Shown here: positions 26,541-35,999 of the stretch, piece by piece
Layout of the letters: every line of letters begins with the position of its first letter
Numbering within the stretch: the stretch's first letter is position 1
Origin: Schmidtea polychroa
Lineage: Eukaryota
Assembly: GCA_044892525.1 (NCBI GenBank)
Contig: CM097885.1
Coordinates: forward strand, 9,302,001 to 9,366,000
DNA length: 64,000 nt
Direction: 5' to 3'
Notes under the pieces: generated by a model
Told to the model about the DNA's origin: nothing
The model's input: only the letters and a program-made list of their open reading frames with translations
The model's database searches: none
Program-made: the position numbers and the translations under genes

Positions 26541-27560
26541 ATGAATAGAAACAGTTTTTTCACTATTTTACCAAGCAATAGCTGTCCATTAATTCATCCG
26601 AATAATGAGGCTAGTAAATTTATCGTTGAGTTACAAAATCCCATTTACCTGCATAACATGTGGGAAGTTGCTTTGCTTGATTACACATTTGTGTACAATA
26701 CATTTCCATTTTACAGTAATTCTAAGATTGAATATAAAGAAATTGCACCGAAATCAGTTAGCAGCTTTTATGTTATTGAACCCGAAGATGATGAAATGCC
26801 AATAAAAGAATTAAATAATGATTGTTACATGTATATTACCAAGGGAGTTTTAAATATTTGTTGCGATTACCATCCATTCGAGATAACATTTGAAGATGCA
26901 GCAAGCGTAAAAAGATTAGGAGTTCCTGAACCAACAATTATAAGTCACACTGATACATTTCAAATTGTAATTCCGCCGTATGTTGATGGCATTATGAATA
27001 ATGTAATTAGAATGAAGTTAACGTACAATTTTTTACAAGATTCAGTTTTCACATTTACTGATGATTTATATATAAAGAAGCTTGAAGATTTAACCAACTA
27101 TTTAGCAAGTAATTGCCCCCATATTTTCAAGTCTGTTGAACTGAATAAAAATGTCTTCAAATTCAGTCTCGGTGAAAACATTAAAGAAGTTATATTTGAT
27201 AAAAACTTGGTCAACACACTTGAATTACAAAAACAATTATATAATGACAAACAATTTGGTGGAGTTCGTAAAGGAAAAATATTTAATCACCATCAACAAA
27301 TGTTCATCTATGGCGATATTATTGATCCGATAAATGTTGGTGATTCACTGGTCCCTCTTCTGAAAGCGGTGTGGATTAAGAAATATGAGCAAGATGAAGT
27401 TGTGCAAATACAAATAGAAAATCATATGTATATACCAGTTGGAAGAACATGTATAAACAATATAAAAATTAATATACGCGATGATAGCGGAAATTTAATC
27501 CGATTTGCAAACGGTTCAAAAACACACGTAACTTTACATTTTAGAAAACAAGATGTCTAA
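26541..27560 (+). CDS. Adintovirus penton / Polinton minor capsid protein (intact 339 aa)
   Basis: N-terminal FFTILPSNS..HPNN.AS.F.V.L..PI.L...WEVAL and C-terminal MFIYGDII.P..VGDSLVPLL..YIPV....INNI.I.IRDD.G..I.F...THVTLHFRK motifs typical of this family. Confidence 0.85.
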   Translation: MNRNSFFTILPSNSCPLIHPNNEASKFIVELQNPIYLHNMWEVALLDYTFVYNTFPFYSNSKIEYKEIAPKSVSSFYVIEPEDDEMPIKELNNDCYMYITKGVLNICCDYHPFEITFEDAASVKRLGVPEPTIISHTDTFQIVIPPYVDGIMNNVIRMKLTYNFLQDSVFTFTDDLYIKKLEDLTNYLASNCPHIFKSVELNKNVFKFSLGENIKEVIFDKNLVNTLELQKQLYNDKQFGGVRKGKIFNHHQQMFIYGDIIDPINVGDSLVPLLKAVWIKKYEQDEVVQIQIENHMYIPVGRTCINNIKINIRDDSGNLIRFANGSKTHVTLHFRKQDV

Positions 27561-27939
27561 TCCTGATATAGTTTTTCTTTATGCCAATAGTCAAACTGGT
27601 GGTGAATTACCTTATTTTGTTGGCAAACAATACGGATCTGGATGGTTAAAAACTATTGGTCGGTTTGCTCTTCCTATTCTTAAACGTATAGGAAATTTTG
27701 GTATGAAAACAGCTAAAGATGTAATAATGAATAATGCAAAAATATTACCATCTTTAAAATCCAATGCCATATCTGAATTGAAAGAGGCATTACCAGATGT
27801 AATTTCTTCATTACCAATTGTAATGGTATCAAATGAAGCATCAGAATCTGAATAGTCTGAACTACAGCCTAAGCGAAGAAAACATCGAAGGTATATAAAC
27901 AAACGAATGAAAGGACGTAGAACTATATTCGAAAAATGA
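27553..27939 (+). pseudogene. pX/pVII-like basic core protein
   Basis: QTGG and QYGSG protease-site-like motifs, amphipathic GWLKTIGRFALPILKRIG. After one TAG (27853-27855) the same frame continues as KRRKHRRYINKRMKGRRTIF to a TGA overlapping the hexon ATG. Confidence 0.7.
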
Positions 27940-29130
27940 TTTGTGGAAAAACTGAATTATGTATTTTTGATCGACCGACTCCTCAGACGGTTATAGAATA
28001 TGCGACATTTGAAGACGTATTCCCATTTAATTCAATTGTTGATAATAAAAGCGATATTGAATTCAAGATAACTGGTCTCATACTGAATATCTCGATTTGA
28101 ATGATACATTACTCTACATTAAATTAAAGATTACAAATAATAATGGAAAGGAATTACCGGTTACTTCAGATGCAAAAGCTAACAATTACTTGTTCCATAC
28201 ACTTTTTAGTGTTGTTATTGTTGATTGAAGGTGGAAACGGAAGATATACACAAAAAGCTTTAATTGAAACTATTTTAAATTATAATGGAGATAGTAAAAA
28301 CATTTGCCTGGCTCCTATGGGTTATATTCCATCTGATAAGGAAAGAACAACATTAATTGCCGGTTCTAAATTAGGTTCCCTCTGTTCTTCATTGCAAATA
28401 GATTTTATGGATCAACCAAAATATTTACTTCCAGGAGTTAATGTTAATGTAACACTGAAAGGAAACCCATCATCATTCAGTATACATTCGCTAACAGATG
28501 AACCAAAGATAAAGGTATTGGAAGCAAAATTAATGATTCGCAGAGTTCGAGTTGAACCATCAGTTTTTACAGGGCATCAAATAAGGTTAAATTCTAAAGA
28601 TGCTATATATCCAAGAAACTGTCGACTTTACAATCAGTAAAGGTTCATCGTCATTTTACAAGGAAAAATTATTTATTGACAAAAGATTACCAAATTTTGT
28701 TTTAGTGGCATTTCAAACCGAATCTCAATTTAAGGGAACATATATGGAATCCAGATCAGTCTTTAAACATTTGGATATTACATCAATCACTTTAGCCAAA
28801 AATAGTGACTATCGAGAAAAATATACACAAAACCTTGACACAAATGATTATACTACAACGTATATGCAAAGTATTGTGAGAAATCTGGAGTATTTGGATA
28901 AAAACATGAACTGTGGGATTACACTTGAAGATTTCAAAGATAAATATCCATTCTTTACATTTGTTTTGTCTCCAGATTTTGATTTGAATCAAAGTCAATT
29001 ACCAAAACAAGGAAATTAAAAATTGAGTGTAAATTTTAATAAATCACTCTAGGAATCGGTTTATGTAATAGTATACGGAGTTTTCGAAAGAGAATTACAA
29101 ATTACTGCAAGTCGATCAGTATTGGTTTGA
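27936..29130 (+). pseudogene. Adintovirus hexon / Polinton major capsid protein, frameshifted
   Basis: MICGKTELCIFDRPTPQTVIE..IEFKI..EYLDLNDTLLY.., LQIDFMDQPKYLLPGV, LPNFVLVAF, GITLEDFK..YPFFTFVLSPD, GN.K..VIVYGVFE. Several frameshifts and stops. Confidence 0.85.
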
Positions 29131-29229
29131 AAGTATTTCAAACTGTATTGGTTTAAACGTAGTATAAATGAATTAAACAATGGAAACAATTTATTATGGA
29201 GTAAGTTTTTAATTACTAATTAATTTTAT

Positions 29230-29631
29230 TTGATTAGTTCTATTCAGGTTAATCGAATTGGAAAAATGTTGTTGGGGAATCAGTTTACTGGAGTATTCCC
29301 ATTAGATAAAATCCCCTATCTGAACGCAAACCAAGCTATAGTCGTCAATACTCAATCATCAAATCTTGAAGGAGAACATAGGATTGCAATATATGTGAAA
29401 CCTGATAAAATACATGTTTTTGATTGGATGGGATATTATTATCCAGATATAATGATAACAAAACTACAAAAAATTGGTAAACCCCTTCAGTATAATAAAA
29501 TTCGTTATCAAAATCCAATGACTCAAACATGTGGTCAACATTGCCTTGCATGGTTAATTTCAATGTTATATAATTATAAACGATGTAGTTTAATAAATCT
29601 TATTAGTAAAAATGTCTCGTTATTTTATTGA
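29230..29631 (+). CDS. Adenain-like cysteine protease (start codon TTG, possibly decayed)
   Basis: GVFPLDKIP..VVNTQ....GEH(R)IAIY..FD.MG..RYQ....TCGQHC: catalytic His, Asp and Cys plus the oxyanion Gln of adenoviral-type proteases. Confidence 0.85.
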   Translation: MISSIQVNRIGKMLLGNQFTGVFPLDKIPYLNANQAIVVNTQSSNLEGEHRIAIYVKPDKIHVFDWMGYYYPDIMITKLQKIGKPLQYNKIRYQNPMTQTCGQHCLAWLISMLYNYKRCSLINLISKNVSLFY

Positions 29632-30030
29632 CTTTGTTGTTTATAATGATCATGCTGGTGGAATAATTATTAAAGAATTATGTACTATGAATATAAATAA
29701 TATTTTACGCCCAAAGTATTGGTTATTTAATGATTTACCATTTTGGTCTGGACATGAAAATTTAGATCGATCGGAATGGTATGAAGACGAAGATTGGTTT
29801 TGTCCAACATGTATATTGAGGGATGTAGAAGATACAAGTGGAATTTTCTATGTCACTGATCAAGATAAACTAACAGTTTTGAAGAATTATTTCACAAACT
29901 TAAGATTAATAAAATATTCAATACAATTATCAGAATATTTTCCTGATAATATCCTATGTCCTTACCCTGATCATTCTAATTGTGCTTAGAAAAATTGTTT
30001 AATTGCTGTGTTAGATTATTTAAGAAATTA
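29612..30030 (+). CDS. Small viral accessory ORF of unknown function
   Basis: 125 aa ORF (YFIDF..IIKELC, CPTC, CPYPDHSNCA). The frame continues briefly past the TAG (KNC). Lies within the viral gene block. Confidence 0.5.
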
Positions 30031-30329
30031 ATAAAGTTTTTGAATAAAAATTATATTATTATTAATTTTGTTATTACTCATATCATTACGAGTGCAGTTT
30101 AAATGCATGATTAATCATGTTCTCTTAGTTTGTGTGAAATTTTTATTTTGTAATGTGTGTAAGTTTTGCTTCCCAATGTTTGAAAAGTATTTCACAGTGT
30201 GTGTAAATTATATTTCATAATATGCGTGTGCATGTAATACTCTCAATTTCTATTGGGTTAATACATATTACGCAATTTATGATATATAAAGTAATGTTTT
30301 AAAATATTTCATCACTTTTATTATATACG

Positions 30330-31970
30330 TTCACCGGTTTTGATTGGGTCGAACAATTTCTTACTGAAATTGAAATGATAGGGAAATATATTGTAACACC
30401 TTATTATTATAAAAATTATCAAAAGAAAATGATAATTACAGATGAACAACAATTAATGTTTGAAAACTGCACATGCTATTTGTGCAATAAACATTTAGGT
30501 AGTCCAGTTAGGGACCATGACCATTTTACCGGTCTATATCTTGTACGTATATACTTGTACGACTTGTAATCTGCCGAGGCAAATTAGACATACCCTTCCT
30601 GTCGTATTTTATAATTTAAAAGGTTATGATCTGCATTATATCTTGAAATTTGGCCTTTCAAAATATCATTCATGGAATATTAGCTTTATTCTTTTAACCA
30701 GCGAGAAATTCCTTAGTCTTTTTGCTAGGATTGACTCATTAACTGTTTATAGACTCTTTATAGACTCTTTATAGACTCTTTATAGACTTTTATCAATTTG
30801 TCAGCGAGTCTTTAAATAATACTGTCAAAACTTTATCATCTTTACCCTTGACCGAATCAGAATTTCAGGGTACAATAATAACTGCAAAGGGAATTTTTCC
30901 TTATGATGCCGCAACTTCCTTAGAGGTTTTGCATAACACTCATCAGTTACCTCCTATTTGGAAAGATGTGATGCCCGCTGATTATGAGACAGCTCAGAGA
31001 ATTTAGCTTGAAACTTTATGTACTTCACTTTGTGATTACATGATGGTTTTTTTCCAACTATTAAGAGCTAAGTCAATTGCTCATAACCAGCTAGAGCCAT
31101 TAAATTTCTTAGGGATTCCAGGTATGTCTTGGAATTCCACATTATTAACTTTAAACTCTCCAATTGAGCTCCTCACCGATATGGAGATATATAAGTTTTT
31201 CGAGGGCGGTATCCGTGGCGGACTAACTTTTGTAAATAAGCACTATGTAAAAACAGAATCGGATACCGCATTGTTTTACATAGATATAAATAATTTATAT
31301 GGTTTGGCTTTAAGTCAATCATTACTATGCAGTAACTTCCAATGGGTTACAGATGATAATTTAATAAATAATATAATTGTTGAGTGCACAACGGTAGATT
31401 TAGATCTGCTTGATTATGGTTATACCATAGAAGTGGATTTAGAAATACCGACGTCAATTCACGATAAACTGGATGATCTTCCCGTTGCCGCTGAAAGATG
31501 CGTGTACCGGGTTCGAAAATAGAGAAGCTGTTGCTTACACACAGCCCCAAGAGGAACTACGTTTATCATTGGAGGCTTCTACAAATATTTATTAAATTAG
31601 GTGTTAAAATATCATAAACACATAGAGCAATTAAATTTAAACAAGATAAAATTTTCAAAATTAATATTAACACAAATACGGCGTAACGAACAGCGTCAAC
31701 AAATAAACTTGATAAAAACTTTGATAAATTTTTAAACAACAGTCTTTACGGCAAGACAGTTGAAAATCTTAAAAAACGTATTAATTTACGTCTGTGTAAT
31801 TCTGCACAGAAATTATTAATATTATGTTTGAAACCATTTTTTCGTAAATGTACGAAAATCGATGATGGCCTGATATCGGTTTTATTGAGGAAGTACACAG
31901 TGTGTTTGGATAGACCCAGTTACATTGGTCAAACTGTACTAGATTTATCCAAACTTAGGATGTACCAGCA
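30330..31970 (+). pseudogene. Protein-primed family B DNA polymerase, truncated at both ends
   Basis: CYLC..VRDHDHFTG..CTTCNL, PVVFYNLKGYD (ExoII), FIDS, KGIFPYD, IRGG, YIDINNLYG (motif A), FLNNSLYGKTVEN (motif B), PSYIGQTVLDLSKLRMY. Sequence ends before the DTDS motif C. Confidence 0.9.
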
Positions 31971-32144
31971 GATGATCTCGGCAGATGATCCAGATGATTT
32001 TCATGGTCCAGCAGATAATGATTATTTTGGACATAATTATTTTCGATGATGTGGTTAAATTATTTAATATGTATTGATTTTATTGCCTTGAATATTTTTA
32101 GCAGTACTTTGTGATCAATTTTTACTAGTATTTTTAAACATTGT

Positions 32145-32146
<2 letters not shown>

Positions 32147-32212
<66 letters not shown>
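32147..32212. repeat. (AAT)n microsatellite
   Basis: Pure AAT repeat. Confidence 0.95.
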
Positions 32213-32215
<3 letters not shown>

Positions 32216-32379
32216 ATGTTAAAGTTTTGCCTTGAATATTTTTAGCCATACCTTTATGAGCAGTACCTTTAGGGGGACAGAATATCTTGTCGGATAAACT
32301 CAGAACATATAATAATATAAAGTATGTGTAATAATTGTATTATGTCTTTGTTAATTAAATCAACTTAAATTTTAAAATA

Positions 32380-32870
32380 CTGCAACGTAATATATTATTT
32401 AATCAAAAAAGTATGATGAGTCGTGTGTCTTTGTTTCTTAAAATATCTTTATAGTGTAATATTTCTTTGTTTAAAATGATGAGTAATATGTCTTTGTTAC
32501 TTAACATGTTTTCATTATGTAAAATATATTTATTACACAATAGTTCTCTGTTTAAATTTATGAGTCATATGTCTTTGTTGTGTAATATGTCTTTTTTATG
32601 CAATACGCCTTTGTTATGTAACAGTACTTTGTTTAAATTGAAGAGCCATGTGTTTTTGTTTAAATATTTGACCTTAATCCGACTAACATTAAAATTTGAC
32701 CTTAAATGGTCTAAAATCGCCTTTGACCTTAAGTCTTGACCTTAAAATCGATTTTGACCTCAGTGTTTGACCTTAAGCTGTTCTTTAAATGACGTTGCCC
32801 TCAAAATTTGACCTTACGGTGTCCTACCGTGACCTTAAAATTTCCTATGACCTTATATTGATCTTGAAAA
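32380..32870. repeat. Subterminal short repeats of the viral element
   Basis: Degenerate TGTAATATGTCTTTGTT-like units followed by about nine TGACCT(T) motifs. Confidence 0.7.
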
Positions 32871-33969
32871 AAACACCTCCTTATGATGTAATTTCATTTG
32901 TGACATTATCGATTACGCAATAGTTCTTCGTTCCCGGATCCACACTTTACCCATACTTATATACAGTACTGTACAAGCATCCCGCCGAGTACAAAGAACG
33001 AAATATAAAAGTCAATCATTCACACCCATAAATACAAAACGTATATAGACGAATAAGATTATTGAGCACTCATTTGTGAAATGATGACTTATTTGCATCA
33101 ATTTTTCGAATCTGAAATAATAAACATTTTCCAGAATATTTCGTACAGCTGCATTTTTTAAATCTGGAGACTGATTATAAACATTGTTTTAATTACTAGC
33201 TTTATATAAACAAAAGATTTAAAATGAAATTAATTAATGTTAAAATACTTTTTGACTGTGGCCCCATTTGGAGGTGACAAATTTCAATGTGGCCTATGGA
33301 AATAGAAAGGTTCTCCACTCTTGGTCTAGTCAATATATATGTCAGGAACAAATTAACAATTAAGTTCAGATAACGAAGACTGCTCCATCGCAATCGATTA
33401 TTCAAACAACCCGAAAATAGGAGAGTCATATTCAATAAAATGTATTGTGAATCAAAATATCTAAAGCGCCAAGTACACTTGGTATAAAGATTTGGAATTC
33501 GATATTCCAATAGAAATGTAAACGTCGATGCTGCTCGAATCTACTTGATTTGCTAATGGAGAGATTGATAAAAACAATAATGATGAATATATTTTACCTA
33601 TTAGTCTTGTTCCTACAAAAAAATACTAATTTCATTAATAATTTTAATTTCAATTATACGACAACTCAAATCTCCCGTCAGGCTCGGATATGGGGAAATG
33701 AATTTATATATTTAATATTATAAATGTTACAAAAATAAATATCTAGATATAATACTATTAAAAATATAATAACAAAAATTTGACTTAAAAAGTTCGAGAT
33801 TATGTTTTACTCTATTAAAAGCAATACTGTTGTATGTATCATAATCACTTCGATTTAAATAACATTTTATCTCTTGATTTTAGAAAGTATAGTTACTGTA
33901 GACAAATTATATTCATTCATAAACATATTTGAAAATTTAGTTATAAGAAAGCGCCATTCAAACATTCAT

Positions 33970-34013
33970 TTTACGATATATTTCGACAGTTTTCCTGTCA
34001 TAATCAGGTAGGA
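33970..34013 (-). ncRNA. Penelope-type minimal type I hammerhead ribozyme motif (core variant CUGAUUA)
   Basis: Minus strand reads CTAC-CTGATTA-T-GACAG-GAAAA-CTGTC-GAAA-TATA-TC-GTA. Part of an ~85-bp repeat also found at 61480-61560. Confidence 0.6.
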
Positions 34014-34172
34014 TAGAATAACTATACAAATTATCAGGCGGCAAGCGGGCCGCGGGTTGTGCATGGCTGGTATAAACTTTTGTTGTCAAATAAATTTTTG
34101 AACCAGTTTTCTCTAATTATTTATATATTATATCAAGTTGAGAATTTATCAAATTCAACATTATTTATTCAT

Positions 34173-35132
34173 TTAAACTTGATTTCGATGATATTTGATA
34201 AAAAAATAATTATTCAAGACCCTCAGTATATGTATTGCAAGTGGCCGTTTTGTTGGAACTTTCCTCACCATTCTTTGAATTATAGTTGCAACAAATGAAT
34301 CAGTGTTTTGAACATTAGTCAAATTTATTTCGCCATTGATAGTAATATTTTTAATTTCATCCCCCTTTAAAACATTCGGATTCAATGGATGATAGCCGGT
34401 ATAAAGAATTATCATGACAATCGCACATGACCATATGTCAACTGCTAAAGTTTGAGGTTCGTTTAAAAGAATTTCTGGTGCCATGTACCCCACCGTCCCT
34501 ACTAGACACGCAATCCGGCTTTTATCATAAAAAATAGAGAGACCGAAGTCGATTAATTTCACTTTTAACAGGATTTTGTTATATTTGTAACAGACAATAT
34601 TTTCCAATTTTATATCCCGATGAATGATGGACTTTGAATGAATGAATGAAACTGCACTAAATATTTGTATAGTTATTGTCAGAGCATTACTCTTAGTCAG
34701 TTTTCCATGCAACCTAACCTCTCTAGAGAGATCGCCACCGTTTGCAAACTCGTATATAAGTGATTTTCCTAATATGCAGGTGTCAAAGCATTCAATGAAG
34801 GGAATTATATTCTCATGCTGACCTATTTTAAGCATCATTTTTAATTCAGTGATATAAAATTCAGAATTCTTAAACACTTTTTGAACGTAGAATTGCCCTT
34901 TTCTTTCATCTTGCACTAACAATACCGATGCTCCATTTGTATGCTTTAGAGGTTTCACAACAATATAATCATTTGTTTGTTCTTTGTCGAAATTTGACTT
35001 CAATTTAGAAAGTAGGGGCCCAAATTGACCTCTTGTTATGCTTTTTATTATCGACCGAACGTTTGATGTTGATTTTTTGGATTTGGTTTTTTTATAATTT
35101 TTATTTTGTAGACTTTTGGTAAAGATTTTCAT
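34173..35132 (-). CDS. Intronless Ser/Thr protein kinase (CAMK-like), paralogue 2
   Basis: Duplicate of 24004-24966 with the same catalytic motifs. The duplicated block is ~34076-35245 versus ~23907-25079. Confidence 0.9.
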   Translation of the reverse strand: MKIFTKSLQNKNYKKTKSKKSTSNVRSIIKSITRGQFGPLLSKLKSNFDKEQTNDYIVVKPLKHTNGASVLLVQDERKGQFYVQKVFKNSEFYITELKMMLKIGQHENIIPFIECFDTCILGKSLIYEFANGGDLSREVRLHGKLTKSNALTITIQIFSAVSFIHSKSIIHRDIKLENIVCYKYNKILLKVKLIDFGLSIFYDKSRIACLVGTVGYMAPEILLNEPQTLAVDIWSCAIVMIILYTGYHPLNPNVLKGDEIKNITINGEINLTNVQNTDSFVATIIQRMVRKVPTKRPLAIHILRVLNNYFFIKYHRNQV

Positions 35133-35619
35133 ACTATATTTAGTCGTTGATAAATATTTTATATTTCCTTGGAGCTTATTCTCATATAAATATAATATTA
35201 TTACATAATACAATGTATTTTTATGTGAATAGTTTTCCGTAAAATAAAATATTCTGATTTTTTGTGCATTATAAAAAATGTTTTAAGAAAAACTTGAGAC
35301 TAATAAAAACATTTATTTACACTGCAAAACAAAATACTAATTAATAAATAAAATAAATAAAAAAAAATAATTAAACTAAATGTGGAACAAAGCGAATATT
35401 TTTGAACATTCATCAATAAAGAAAATAAATAAACAGAATTAATTTATGAAAACTTTTGAATGGTTGTTGTAATGCCTCTGACTCCCAATTTTATCAATTT
35501 AATAATTGAACTTAAAATATATTATTAAATTAATTAAAATTAAATCATTGTTTAAATAATTTTCACTTCTTTTCAAAAATCAAATTCAATAGAAAAAATT
35601 AATGAATCGTTCAGTTTAC

Positions 35620-35870
35620 TTTAATAATCGCACGCTATATACTGCACCGTTAATAACCACGCGCCTACAACCGCTCTGTTAAAAAACGCGCGTAAACAAA
35701 ACCGCGACCTTGAAAATCGCGACTTGTTTTAAAAATTGTTTTATAAATATTATTATAAATTGAATAATTAAAATGTACTAAGTTTCAAAAAGATTGGTTA
35801 CCAATCGCGATATTGTTTGCGCGCGGTTATTAACGGCGCGGTTGTGGGTGTGTGGATATAAATGTATACC
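35620..35870. mobile_element. Small inverted-repeat MITE-like element
   Basis: CCGTTAATAACC.CGCGC near the left end and GCGCGGTTATTAACGG near the right end; CGCG-rich in an AT-rich background. Confidence 0.55.
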
Positions 35871-35999
35871 AAAAACACATATGATCGATTCTGAATAATC
35901 GAATCCATTAACAAATTAGTATATAAGGAGTAGTCTCAGCCGATAATTGAACACTTTTTTTTAAAAATCTAAATCATCTGTTAAAATCTCAATAAACAT

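Larger units (their letters stand above)
25790..32946 (+). mobile_element. Endogenous adintovirus/Polinton (Maverick)-like element, left end missing
   Basis: Co-oriented, abutting or overlapping intronless genes for integrase, penton, pX-like protein, hexon, adenain, a small ORF and pPolB. TGACCT-rich subterminal region and a putative end reading 5'-AGTGTGGATCCGGGAACGAAGAACTA on the minus strand. Confidence 0.9.
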
